From positions 6,758,001 to 6,822,000 of the forward strand of contig CM120647.1 in the NCBI GenBank assembly GCA_051362555.1: DNA of 64,000 nucleotides. Reading direction: 5' to 3'. This DNA is from Lingula anatina (taxonomy: Eukaryota; Animalia; Brachiopoda). The position numbers and the translations under genes are program-made. Shown in pieces: positions 13,537 through 26,586 of this stretch. The stretch's first letter is position 1, and each line of letters starts with the position of its first letter. Under the pieces are notes generated by a model. That model made no database searches. It saw only the letters and a list, made by a program, of their open reading frames with translations, and was not told the origin of the DNA.

Positions 13537-13684
13537 TTTGACAGGGGAATTCCGCCTCTCTGGAACAATGTCATAAAAACTGGCATCAGTAAGGAATAAA
13601 CTTTTGTGAGACTAAGTAATGCTTTATAGTAAGTAAAAAGTCATGTTGTTTCACTAAGTGCTGTTACACTCTCATACATACCCA

Positions 13685-13725
<41 letters not shown>

Positions 13726-14200
13726 AAACACACACACACACACGGCTGTCCTCAATTACATGCCAACAATGAATTACATACAAAATTCAAAAGATACTAC
13801 ACATTCAAAAAATACAGTGCCAGTACTTCACATGAAAATATCACAAAAAAATTTGGCGGTTTACTTTTGTCAGTAAGTCTAGTACAACATTATCAGTATA
13901 CCAGTACTAGTACTAGTAAGCTGTTCATTAGCAAAAGTATTGAACATTTCAGCTTTATAAATGTACTATAAGGTTAATTATACCTGATCAGAATCACATA
14001 CTAGTACTAGTACACAAATGAACAGACACATACCAGTACAATAAAGCTCTGTAAAATTATACAAGCACACCAAATGCCTGCTAAACACCACACACACACA
14101 CTCTCAGATTCTCTGATAAGAAATAGGAAATACACCAGAATACCTTCTGGAAAAAAAAAAAAAACCCACATGCACATGTATACTAGTAGACATGTTACTT

Positions 14201-14423
14201 AGACTGCATTCCCATAGATTTTTAGATTGATCTATCCCTGTGGGGAGTCTCACTAGATTGTTGTCAGCCTGGCCACCTTAAATGTCTGTGTTTTCTAAAA
14301 GCTGTAAGGGGGTAATTAACTTTTGTGCGTGCTCGGCTCTCGGAACTTGACAGCAATTTAGAGTGAACCCCCAAGGAGTTAGGTCGATCCGGACAGATCG
14401 ATCTAAATCTATAGGAACCCAGT
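14201..14423. mobile_element. Family-A palindromic MITE (reverse orientation relative to the 28460 and 52112 copies)
   Basis: Contains reverse complements of taactccctgggggttcacgctaaattgc, ttaattacccccttacagc and agtgagactcccc. Confidence 0.8.
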
Positions 14424-15585
14424 TTTAGTCACTCAGCTGTAACACTGCCCAGACCTAAACATACAAACTGCCTGGTACATACACACACATGAAATGCCTG
14501 CAAGAAATCACACACTAGCAAACTTTAATCTCTAATCGCATGTAGGAAACTGTAGGAAAAGGGGAATTCAAAGTTGGTTAGTCAGAAAAAATACAGTTTA
14601 GCCTGCAAATTTTGTTAAGTTCCAGTGCAAGTTTTTTTTCTTTCTTTTTTTCAGGAAAATCTTAAATCCATATTGACAGGTATGAAAGTGTGGAAAAAAA
14701 AAGGGGGGGGGTGAAAGGTTAGTCAGTAAAAAATAATGTTTACCCTGGAAATTTCGTTAAGTTTCAGTACAGGTTTTATTTTATTATTCTTTTTTTTTAA
14801 TTTTGCACTGTGCATCTTTAATGTAACACAAACCACTTCCTGTTGAACTTATCCAAGGACAAGCAATATTTTAATCATATTTTTACAGATATGTAAACTG
14901 CCACTCACTACTATCATAAAAAATAATAAAATTCCCTACACAGTTTTACACTATGAGCTCTCCAGAAGGCGATACAAGAATTTTAGATTTTCATATATTG
15001 TTTTTGTGGGAAAGGCAAGTGTCAGGAAATGTTGGTCTTGATGTTAGTTAGCATGGGAAAATTCTGTTTAAACTATAAATTTTGTTGTGGGAAAAATATC
15101 ACACTGTGCATATTAAACTATGTTAATGTGTTATTACTATTAAGTGAATTACATGTAAAAGCATCAAGTGTTGGGTCTACTAGTATACCATTAATAAACT
15201 GTACTGGAATATTATGGAGTTGGAAGCTTTCTCCAAGAGCAGGCAACCCCTCTGTCGGTATATTTCTCTCGCCATGACGAGTCCAATATCTATCACTTAC
15301 AGAGATTACTGTCACTGTGAATGACACAATCACACTGATTCACAATGACGCAATGTATTTGGTGGATATACATTAATCCACCTAACTTCAAGGGCTGTTA
15401 ACCGAGATGATCCATTCACCTAATTTAATACGAAGTTCAATGGATCCCAAGGTCAACAAGGTATAGTGGCATTATTCATTGTAAGCAAGCACTGCAACAC
15501 ATGTCACTGCTAACACGTCTAGTTGCTCAGGGGGTCTCTAGAGACGTCAGTAGCACGTTCAGGCAAGACTTCTGTCTTTACTCAC

Positions 15586-16389
15586 CTCCCTCCTCGCCTC
15601 CAGCGTCTGTTTCTGCAGCACACGCCTCGTCTCCCATCGTTGTAAATGATACAGGTATTGCACAATGAGGACGAGCTTCGCCCACTCCTTTAAGATACCG
15701 GTTAATTCATTGCTAATCTCATTGGCAGAGAAATGCTTTGCTTAGCTATTTCGTCGACCATCTTGAAAACAATATTATCACGTGATAAGGAAATACACGT
15801 CATCCATTCATTTGGGTCAAAGGTTGATCTTTTCTGGTGTTTATGTATGTCCGTCTTTGGAGAAGTTATTGGGAGATTTTATTGCATCATATTTGTAATA
15901 TGGGTTCCGTGTTCCAGAATGAATTTAAATAAGTGTTTTCTAAATGAAAAACTTTCCGAATACATGCAAGATTCATATTAGCATAAGATCGTCTAGCACG
16001 TTACAGTACTTGACCTTTGTTGTATTTGCATATATGAGATTAATGCGCTTCAAATAAAGTATGTTTCCTTCAAATATATAGTGACAAACAACAAATAATG
16101 ATTTCATTTATGTTAAACTTCATAACTTATATGCTTTCAATAAGGAAAGCAATGTTTTGTTGCCTCCTAGTTATTAATATTTTACTTCCGTGTAAGAAAA
16201 CAATGAGTGAGAAGGCTTCATTCGAAACATTTCATGAGCGGGAACACAAAGCGACGCCATCTTGTTTGCATCGGGAAAAGACACAGTTTTGATTGTTGTT
16301 AAATTTCCAAGCTCCAGATATGGTTGCTTGATGAAATAACATAACGAACTAGTAGAGGTGTTGAGGCATCCGAGTTAACCTTTTTAGGG
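15586..16389. promoter_or_regulatory. Putative bidirectional promoter with first non-coding exons of the Bfr1-like gene (-) and RAD21 (+)
   Basis: Minus-strand donor GAG|gtgagt at 15585 and plus-strand donor GG|gtaagt at 16390. Between them: CCAAT box (attgg 15721), E-box cacgtg (~15780), E2F-like gcgggaa (16238) and YY1-like cgccatctt (16255). TSSs are inferred. Confidence 0.55.
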
Positions 16390-16970
16390 GTAAGTTAAAC
16401 TGTTAAGTTGGGAAAACATCTTGTAGAAAGATAGCGTGGGTTTTCTCGCACCTGCACTGTTTTCTTTGCACGGATTCGTAGCCACCGGTTTAAAGTGGCC
16501 CACTATAAAATCAACAAGGCATTGCAGATGTATCGGTTTCAGACTGTTGAAAACACTGTCATCTAAAGGATTATTTGTTTGCTACAGCTTAACATAACTC
16601 TCTCAGTGGTTTATTTCCATCTTCACTGTTGGTAGCGTCCTGACGCGATATGTGACCTACTTTATTTATGATCAATAGGATGAACACAACAACAAGAGCG
16701 GGAACAAAATTATCTCCCTGCATTTGCTTTTGATAATATAATGTTGTTACAAGTTATAAATAACTGAGCTGGATCGTTTCTCTCCCTTTCTGGCGACAGA
16801 ACACTACACCCTTTCTGAAGCCAACTTTAACTTGTTCAAGAATATTACTTACAACAAATTAATGCAAGTGGCACTGTATGCTGGGAACAAGTTTGTGTTT
16901 CTTATATCACAGATTTCAGCATTTATGAGGTCATCATCTTATGTTCTAGGTGCCGTAAAAACCAGCCAGC

Positions 16971-19900
16971 ATGTTTTACGCACACTTTGTATTAAGTAAA
17001 AAGGGCCCGCTGGCCCGTATCTGGCTGGCGGCCCATTGGGATAAGAAACTGACCAAGGCCCATGTGTTTGAAACAAATATCAGTTCCAGTGTGGAGGCCA
17101 TATTGGAACCAAAGGTAAGTGAAATGTGTATGAGAATTTATTTGGAATTTAATATTACACTATTGACAATGGACTCATCAGCAAGCTGGATTTTTTTTTT
17201 TTCTGTGGGATGAATTTGTTTATTGCAAGTGCAAGATTTCATTAATTTGCACATTTTTATACTTATATATGGTTATGTTAGTCCTTTGATTTCACAATCA
17301 AAATCTCTTGATAAAGACTTGTTTTTCAAGTGAAATCTCTGTCAATATTTATATTTCACTAATTAAAAAATGTTATGTTTATACACTGTTATTGATGGCA
17401 TGTCTGTCAAATGTAGCAAAATGCTTATATGTATATTTATATATTTTCATCGCTTTGTTTTAGGTAAAAATGGCCCTAAGGACATCTGGGCATTTACTAC
17501 TTGGAGTTGTCCGTATCTACTCCCGGAAAGCAAAATATCTTCTTGCTGACTGTAACGAGGCCTTTGTAAAGATTAAGATGGCCTTTAGACCAGGAGTAGT
17601 AGATCTCCCTGAGGAGAACCGAGAAGCAGCAGTGGCCGCCATCACCTTACCAGAAACGTTCCACGATTTTGACACAACAATGGCGGATCTAAAGTAGGTG
17701 TTATACGCATGCTGTCCTTGGTTTATTTGGCAGATGCTTTGTTTTGGTCAAATTTTTCCTCTTGATATTTTAGCCAAAACAAAATTCTGATTAAAAAAAA
17801 AAAAGACATAAATTTATTTAATTAATGTTAATCTTTATTTTTAAAAATTTAAAAAATTGATGAATATTAGAATTTTCTTGAGTTACTTCGAAACTGGCGA
17901 CTCGGTCTGGGCATGGTGTTTTTGGAACACTACTTGTTGATGTTTTGAAATGAGAAGACTTGCTGCAGTATTGCTTTTGTTTTGTTTACCTGACATGCTC
18001 ATTCTGTTTAACTTTTTCAGCGATATAGATGTGAACGCCCAGTTCTCAGTGAACCAGAGCAGACCAGAGGAGATCACGATGAGAGAAGACTTCGGGAACA
18101 TCACCCTGGTTGGAGACGATGGCTTTGGTAAGAGAATTAACACAGTCATGAATTTTGTCTTCAGGTAGTTGTTAGGTTGAAGAGTTATTTCTTCAAAGAA
18201 TGATTTCACCTGTGTAAGGATTCAGGAAGTTGGAATGGTTGCCTTCTTGACAACAGGCCAGGTGGGTTGAAAGGAAAGCTACTTTAATCTCAAAACCTAG
18301 TATTGGACTTTGAACCAGGATGTATTTTTTATGCTATTGATTGATTGAGTGATTTTGGAGGGAAAAAAAAACAGAGGGAGACAGAGATTGGAGGAGGGGG
18401 TGGATTCAAAGGATAAAATCAAATTCCTTGCCAGTATTATTATTTTTTTTTCAACCAAAAATAAACATACTTCAATGAGTGTAGATAGGAGCAAACATTT
18501 TGTGAGAAGATCTTGTCCATGGTGATGCTAATGCGTAATGCAGATTCCATGTTTTTATTTAGATGACTCTGACGACGATTTAGGAGGCTCAGTTGATGAG
18601 GAGGTCGTTCACTGTCTCATTTGTACTTTCTTTACGCGGGACAAGCGTATAGACATGAACTTGATTTTAGATACCATAGACAGTCTTTTGGCTGAAGAAA
18701 AATGCAATATCTTAGACATTAAAACTATTTTAGAAACAGACCATTACTACACAAGTGCAATTTTCTTTAAAAACCATAGGACGTTTAAAACTAGTACGCC
18801 AAACAAGAGGAAAATGAATAGTAGTAAGAATGGTCAGGTTAAAAATGCCTCTTCTCAGGAACTATCACAGAAAGTGAATGATAGGAGTTCAGAAGGTACT
18901 TCTTTAGTGAATAAATCGCAAACACAATCTTCACTTAATGGCAGCAAAGACTTACCTAACAATGGCAGTGAAGCCTCGTTGCAAGTGTCAACGTGCAATA
19001 GAAATGACAGTTTTCAGTCACAAGACTCTGGGATCGTCTGTGACTGCGATGGAGACGTGTCTGACACCGACTCCGACTGGGCCTTCCAAAGCAACACAAC
19101 GCGGGACGAGGCCACGCAAAAAGAGGGTAAGAGGTCATCTGTAATGGGGTCAAGGTCACTAGCAATAATGAGGGCCAATCCGGTTCACTTAGTGAGCAGC
19201 TTACTTCAGCCTCGGGCCGACTTTCCGTTTTGGAGTCACGAGCCACGAAAACATTGGGTAGTTTGAAATAGATGACCTTAGTAATTAACATCTGAGTGAC
19301 CAGAAAAGTGGGCCTAGTAAAATGGACTGTCCACCTTGAAAAATGCTGTTGATCACCTTGGGGTTACCATGGCGATGACCCCTGACCCCTTAACAGATGG
19401 CTTGTTACTCGCCGCTCAGACCACCCAGAGAAATAGAAAACTTTTTTTTCCATTAAGTTCCATTACCTTATAGCCTAGCTGTATAACAGCAAACACAAGA
19501 GACCAAAGTTTACGACACGCATTTATACTATAGTCATGTGGCTTCTGGCTCCAAGATGTCGCATGCTGTCCTGTACTTGTGCATGCACACCCATCTCGTT
19601 TTTGCTTACTCCCTGTCACTGTGTGCATGGTGATCTTTTCGCTAGCTCTCAACTATTCTCTGAAAGATTAATATGCACGTGATTTGGCTTCTAGAGGATG
19701 CAAAATAAATTTGGCCATAAGATATCACGCATGCATTATTTATGAGCTCTTGCTTGTCAACCCATTTCTGTTTTGCCTTATTATAGGTCCAAAAAAAAAA
19801 AAAAGCATCAAATTGCACATGCTTTTTCATTTAGAAAAACAGGGGGAAAAAACGGCCTATCTTTTTGTTTTGCTTATAGATATTCTGCAAGTAATCGGCT

Positions 19901-22900
19901 TATAAATTAATCAATTTTTCAGCATGTAGATTAATCAAATGCAGTCCGTATTATTAAAACTTAAAATTTGGATTAGGGCATTGAGTATAACACAGTTAAC
20001 TGGTTATGGTATTATGCCCTGCATCCTCTGGTGAAGTAGCCTAACTTGATTTATATCTTGTGTCTCATCGTTTTCTCTGTCCAGGTATTTCATTTTGTTG
20101 TCTTCAGTTAATTTGGATGTATGTCTGTCATTGTTGCTTTTAATTTTGTTATCCACCTCCCTGGTCATTTAATGTGTACTATTTTAATTTTTCGTGACTG
20201 AAAATGTGATTGCTTTTAACTATGATTGGTTGAGTAAGAACATTAGATAGAAGACTGAGCACATTTCATTTCCTTAAATTTGTGAATGCTTCCGACAAAG
20301 TATGACAGATTTTGCTCCTGATAGAAGTTTATTGGCAAATACACAATGTTGTAACAGCGCTTCTTGCATTCTTATTTATTTCCTCTGATTTGTAATTGCA
20401 AGTAGATTTATAGCCTTCATTAATTAGGGTTCTGCACACTTAATTTTGGTAAAAAAAAAAAAAAAAAAAAAGAATTTTAGAATTGAGACATTGCATTTGT
20501 CTTCATTTTGTGACTACACTGAAGTTTGTTTGTGATATTATTTTATATTAAATTGTATTGTTTCAGGTGATATTGGATTTGATGATAGGGAGATGTTACG
20601 GGACGCTACCCTGGGGGTGGAGGATTCCCTGTACAAGAACCCAGACTCCTCCAACATTCTACTGGACAGCGTCCGAGACAAGAGCAAGGACGCGGAGACC
20701 TCGCTGCCCAAACCCATGGACGTGGACCTCGATGCTCCCATTAAAGATGATGGTTTTGGTGGTGCTATAGGTGGAGGCATGCTAGGTATGGTAAAAGTAA
20801 TAGTGATACTGGTCTATAATTAATAATAACAACTTTTGTTCCTTTGACTTTGCCAAAGTTTTTAAAAAAGTTATTTTTGTTTAAAGTGTAGATTTCATTA
20901 AATGAAGATTTCAGTAGTATGCAGTTTTGCATGCAGCAGTTCTTTTAAATTTATAATAAATTGCCCAGTTGCAAAATTACTAGTATCGTATGTCAACAGT
21001 GGTTCCTGTGAATGTTGTCCACTATCTTTTTGTTTATAATATTTGCTTGGTTTTAATATGCATCCTAATTTAGCTGTAGCACTCCCATCTATGTTACATA
21101 AAAAGTTCTTTTATAGGGTTAGGTTCCAATCTTCTAGTGGCTTTTGATGTTGATCTCTTGCGTAACCATACATAATTTGACACCAAGTGTGATTTAGATC
21201 ATATTCCTTACCAATAAACTATTTTCTGTAGCCTGACGTTTTACCTGTTTTCATGTAGATGTAAGGTTTTGCAAAAAAAAAAAAAAAAAAAAAAAAGAAG
21301 AAGAGGAAAAAAAAAAACTGTTAAACTCGTTATAAATTCTAATCTGTTTTTACTAATACAATATAATTGTGTTTTGCATGTGTTACTAACACTAGAATCT
21401 GTGGTGCTAATTTCTGGATATTGTGTGTATGTTGCCTTGGTCCCAATTTCATAAACACATCTGTTCAAAGTTTTGGCTTGCAATGACCAACATGAACTTG
21501 TGTTTGACTAAAAAAAAAGAGATTTGAAAAAAAAATCCCCTTGCTTTTCCGGTATATATATTTTTTTTCTGGTAGTAGAATTAGATGAAGATGCTTTTAG
21601 ATTGTGTTCTCTGTGCTGTCATTTTTGTCTTCCTGGCTAATTAATATAGAGATGTGATGTGGCTTATGATTTTAGAGAAGATGTTTAATAAGCTTTAAAA
21701 CTCACCTATCTTTAAAACTGATGAAGTAGATTAGATCACTCTGTTATTAGTGGACAAAGCTTTAAAAAACCCTGTGCACCTTAATACCTAGTAATTATCC
21801 TGTTCCAAAATATAGCACCATAGGTTCGCTGTTAATTGTTCATTTTATTAACCAAAGCGCGGGCACCTGTCAGTGACGATGATGATGACGATGGCGGTCC
21901 AATGGGTGGAGACGATGACGACGATGATGATGATAATTTTGGTGGGGACGTTGACCATGCTTTGTTTGGTAAGTTTACTAACTCGGTTCTCTGTTCATTG
22001 TTTGCTAAAGCCCCCTTTACACTGGACGGGGTCCTTTCTGCGTCCCATAGTACAGTGACGTTTGAGAGTAAAAAAAAAATGTTTCACGTGCCAACAACTG
22101 GCCAATCATTAAGCGTTCATTCTGCAACCAAAGCGATGCTTGTGCTTCCTTTCTACGACCACAGCGATGCCAGTTTCATGGTCGCAGAAAGGACGCCGTC
22201 CAGTGTGAAAGGGTTTAAGAAGAAAAATTTCAGGTAATTGATGAGAGGAGTTGTGCTTTTGAAAGTTGGCACTTCAGCTGTCTTTGTGTCAAGCTGTATG
22301 TAATGTTGCTCTACAAGGATTGGCTGAGAGACTGGAAGTTACAACTTGAAAAATACAGCTTCTCTCATGAGTTGATAAAAGAAAACAATCCAAGCTTGCC
22401 CATGAAAAAATAACTGAAATGACCTTGTAAATTAGAAAAAAAAATTTTTTTTCTTTTGATAACTACTCGTCAATATGACATTTACTCCTTGTCTGGGACA
22501 GATTTGTGTGCACTCGTCTGTGAAAGATTTTTATGTATGCTGTGTTAAGCCCCCTTTACACTGGACGGCGTCCTTTCTGCGTCCAGCAGTACGGCCCCAT
22601 TTGAGAGTTAAAAAATTATAATACTTTACTTGCCGACAACTGGCCGATCTTTGAGCATTCTTTCTGATACCAAATCAATGCTCGTGCCTCCTAATTACGA
22701 CCACAGCGACGCCAATTTCATGGTCGCAGAAAGGACGCCGTCCAGTGTAAAGGGGGTATTAACAGTGTCACTGTTTTATTGTTTCCCAGGTGAAGGTTTC
22801 ATGGAGGGAGGACCTCTGTTTGAGGATGCTCCAATGGCTGAAGTCTCTATGGTCTCTGAAGTTGCCCCCATGGATGCTCATGCTAAACAAGGTAATTAAA

Positions 22901-25900
22901 ACAAATCCATTCCGTACAGGGTGTCTTATAAGTCTGGTCACATGGGCAAAATGAATATTTCCAATCAGAAAATGTCAACAAAAACTTTCTGAATCAAGTA
23001 AAGAAATATGATGTATTTTATTAGAAAGAATAATAAATTGATCAACAGGAAATATTTGATATGTGGGGCATAAAAAAGTTAGTTATAAACAGCATGCCCA
23101 GAGGAAAGGGTACCCTGTATTTTGTATAAAAAATATTAGCCAAATTACAGTGTAAAGCAAAATGCAGGACATTTGTGTATAAATAATCTTTTTCAAGATA
23201 TCAGTGTTAAACTTCAATTTTTCTCAAATTTCAGTTGAGAAGATCCAAGCTGTGGTCCATGATGATGGTCCAGAGACCACAGGGGCTGGTGTGTCCACCA
23301 TGCCCAACCAGACCACACTAGTCCAGAATGAGGAAGAGGCGTTTGCTCTGGAACCACTAGATGTCACTAGTGTCCATGGTAAGTGAATGGGATGTTTTAG
23401 GAAGTTAAGCGGTGTTGAGAAAAAAAGAAAGAAAAGAAACAGCAAAAGAAATTTTAAAATGATCGAAATTAAATGATTTGCAGTTTCATTAGCTTTAATA
23501 AAAATGTATGCACAAATAAGATAATGAACTACTTATATATATATAATATATAAATGAATTATGTAATAATAATAATATTATATAATAACAAATGAAATAA
23601 CATATGAAATGCTAACTTGAATGCATCTGAAGTATTATGATATAAATTGCAAGTAGTAATAGATAAGTAAATAAATAATTAAATATAATTTTGGATGAAA
23701 AGCCCTCCCTAAAGAAAATCTCAACTTACCGTACTAGGCACAGAGAAGAGGACAAAGAGGAAAAGAAAACTGATCGTAGACGAACAGAAGTGTATACAGA
23801 GTGAGACCATGAAGTTACAGCTGTCAGACGCGTCCGACATCCTGACGACCCTCGACCTTGCCCCGCCCACCAAGAAGCTGATGCACTGGAAGGAGACGGG
23901 AGGGGTGGAGAAGTTGTTTGCTTTGCCAGGGAGAGCACTACCCAGTAGGGTGATATCTAAGGTGATTAAATGGTGAAGGTGTCTGTCAGTTGTTGGTATT
24001 AGGAATGCCTGCAAAATCTGTTTTCAGCCTCTTGTACTTTGGAATACCTAGGAATGAAAAGTTGGCTGTTACTTCTCAATATAATCTCTCTTCATCTTGA
24101 AGCACTTAATCCATCGCTGTTCTAATTTACGTATCCCTTCAAAATTGGAAGTCTACATCCTGGTCCCCCAAGTACTAGTTTACTGCATCTATGACACCTT
24201 CATTGCTTCCCAATTTTCTTCCACAAAGGTTAGTTTTCAGTTTTGGGAACAGATATAAGTCAGTAAAGGATAAATCAGGAGAATATTGGAGATGAGGAAG
24301 AACTCCGAAGCTGCATTCAGTTGCAGCAACCATGGCAACTTGGGACTTTTTCCATTTTGTCAGTTTTACGCATCCTTCTCGTCTTTACAGAGACTTCCAG
24401 GTGTAATAATAAGCGTTGGAATCCTATTCTCTCAACCAATGACCTTCAATAAGATGAAATTATCGACTAATTTGGATTGTCTGTCACTGTAGTGAATCAA
24501 TGTCTGTCTAGCATCAGTAAAAATTCCAAGTTTATATACATTGTCATTGCCAGAGTTAATAATGACCTGGTTATCATTGTGTACAAGAAAAGATGTCAAA
24601 GTTGTTCTGACGCAGTATTCCAGCCAGCCAACGCCAGAATTATAAGCAGAGTGTGAGTTATGACACAGCAAGTGGAGTTTATCAGTTGAATATGTATAAC
24701 TCTCACAACATAAACTGCACCAAGGCAAGCGTCCAACGCTTCTGTATGACAACGCCCACAACGGTCCAGTTGTTTTACTGACTGTCTCTGTACGATATAG
24801 TGGAATTTCAGTGACTGCATATTTGTTGATGTGTCAAATCTCAATTGTTCTCATCCCGGAACTTCTGCCACTTGCAACAATATAAGGACAGTGTTTTAGC
24901 TTTCTAGAAGTCCTCCAGAATAATCTGAGCAGGATAGACTGTGTCAAACGCTGTTCTTAGGCCTGGTATGATGTCTTGGTGACCGCATGAGTGATGTGGT
25001 CAGTCTGGAGTCCCTGGACGGTCGAGTCCCAGTCCCTGTTTCGGCGCCAAATTTTGTAACAGTAGCTTCTTTTATTCCAAAATATTCTAATTTTTTAAGG
25101 ACTTCTTAAAGCCGAGAACCTCTTAATCGTACCTCGTAATCTACTCTACATTTCACATTCTATTGCAGCTGTTTAACAAGAACCTGGTCACACAGCCAGT
25201 CACAGAAGAAGACCAGGAAGCTGGGGAGAAGATTGAGCTGTCTGAGGAGCCGGAGGTGGCCAGAGAGGAGGAACAGCCAACCATGGGTAGGTGGTGCAGT
25301 GCTGATCTTATAACAGTATCAGAAGTATGCTTTGTGGTAATCAGATGGGAATGAAAGATTCATTTCTTCACCATAGACTAGCGTGCTGACGATATGACTT
25401 GAGTTGACATCACAACAGGCAATTAGTTCAGTCTCCTTGTGAAATCTTGGTATGAAAGTCTTTAATGATGACATTTTCGTGTGATTGAAGTCTGCTCCCA
25501 TAGTACATTATGAAAAAATGACAAAAGTGAAAAACTTTGAATTAAAATTATGGAATAAGAATAATTATTGATTTCAGCACTGGAGGAGATTTTGCCTCCA
25601 CCAGAGCAGGAAAGCACAATCGTACCACAAGAAAAATCAACCACTGTGGAACCAGAGAAGAAACGCTCTCGAAAAGAAAAAGCAGCTGACAAGGAAAATC
25701 GCCTGGAGAAGTCGTCCATATTGGATCATCCTCCTGTCACACCAGGACCAGAGGACAACGATGTTGGGTTGATAGATTTTCAGGACAATGTTGAACTTCC
25801 CGTTGATTTAGATGGGCAGCCAGTGGTATGTATATTCTATATATTTTATATAAAAATTGGCATCACCAAGAAATATTTTACTACCAAAATGGCTTGAAAA

Positions 25901-26586
25901 TAGGCCCTGAAAAATTCAGTTCTTATGTAGGCCCTCAAAATTCAGTTTTTCTTGAAAAGTAAACATCTTTTTGCCTCGGTGATATTTTGTTTACATTTGT
26001 GTGCCATCAGGTATTGTTTACTCTCAATACAACATAAAATATTCTGAAAAACTTGCTCACCACAATAAATTGCCTTTAATACCCCAGCAGTAAAACAGAC
26101 TTAGAAAATGTAATGTACAGAAGCTCCTTTCAAGCAAAATCTTCTGACCAAGGCACTGGAGATATTAGTAAAGCTAGACAATTCCGTATTTTGTTCAAAT
26201 TTTAAACAAAAAAAAAAATTGAAAAAATCCAAAATGAATTTTATGTTTATGTATGTGCAAGTATTCAATGTCTTTATCCTGTGACCCTCTAGTATAGAAA
26301 AAATATGTAATTTGCATTTCTTTTGCAGGAGGAGACGGCAGAACAAGAAGAGATTCGATGGAACAAGCGGTCCCTTCAAATGCTCCATTCACTTCAGACC
26401 TTACTAAAACGTACGGACAGTATCAAATTCCAGGATGTCACCAATCGCAATAATCGCAAACAGGCTGCGTCGAAGTTTTATGCCCTCTTGGTGCTAAAGA
26501 AGCAGAACGCTGTACAAGTGGCCCAGTCTGAGCCTTACACGTCGATTCACATAAGCAAAGGACCTCAATTCACTGCAGTGTTTTAA
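16971..26586 (+). CDS. RAD21: Cohesin alpha-kleisin RAD21, ~634 aa; exons 16971-17114, 17464-17693, 18021-18127, 20567-20785, 21858-21968, 22790-22891, 23235-23378, 23738-23961, 25169-25286, 25578-25825, 26329-26586
   Basis: N-terminus [27 protein letters not shown]; [23 protein letters not shown]; [16 protein letters not shown]; [10 protein letters not shown]...[22 protein letters not shown] (STAG-binding); separase-type ExxR motifs (EMLR, EVAR); C-terminal [17 protein letters not shown] winged helix. GT-AG junctions are phase-consistent (1905 nt). Confidence 0.97.
18563..19126 (+). CDS. Candidate alternative (cassette) exon of RAD21, 564 nt / 188 codons, phase 1-1; or a terminal exon running to the stop at 19266
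   Basis: gtttttatttag|AT acceptor at 18562 and GAG G|gtaaga donor at 19126, stop-free in between. Phase matches the 18127 donor and the 20567 acceptor. Confidence 0.6.
22009..22215. mobile_element. Harbinger/Tourist-like MITE, copy 1
   Basis: ~30-bp TIR agccccctttacactggacggggtcctttctgcg / cgcagaaaggacgccgtccagtgtgaaagggtt; TAA target duplication. Confidence 0.85.
22548..22758. mobile_element. Harbinger/Tourist-like MITE, copy 2 (same family and orientation)
   Basis: Same TIRs and internal sequence as 22009-22215; flanked by tta. Confidence 0.85.
22917..23117. mobile_element. Tc1/mariner-type MITE remnant
   Basis: ta|cagggt ... accctg|ta termini with TA duplication; only a short TIR match. 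Confidence 0.4.
24068..24480 (-). mobile_element. Degenerate mariner transposase C-terminal fragment in a RAD21 intron
   Basis: Minus strand reads [37 protein letters not shown]...[17 protein letters not shown], frameshift, [24 protein letters not shown]. This has the mariner YSPDL motif and the canonical C-terminus. Confidence 0.85.
25032..25076 (-). mobile_element. LTR-retroelement remnant: LTR 3' end plus tRNA-Lys(UUU) primer-binding site
   Basis: Minus strand aataaaagaagctactgttaca-aaatt-tggcgccgaaacagggac: AATAAA, a ...CA LTR end, then a 16/18 match to TGGCGCCCGAACAGGGAC. Confidence 0.7.

Noticed and set aside
24432-24844. ORFs downstream of the PBS as gag
   Set aside because: No recognisable gag, zinc-knuckle or protease motif.
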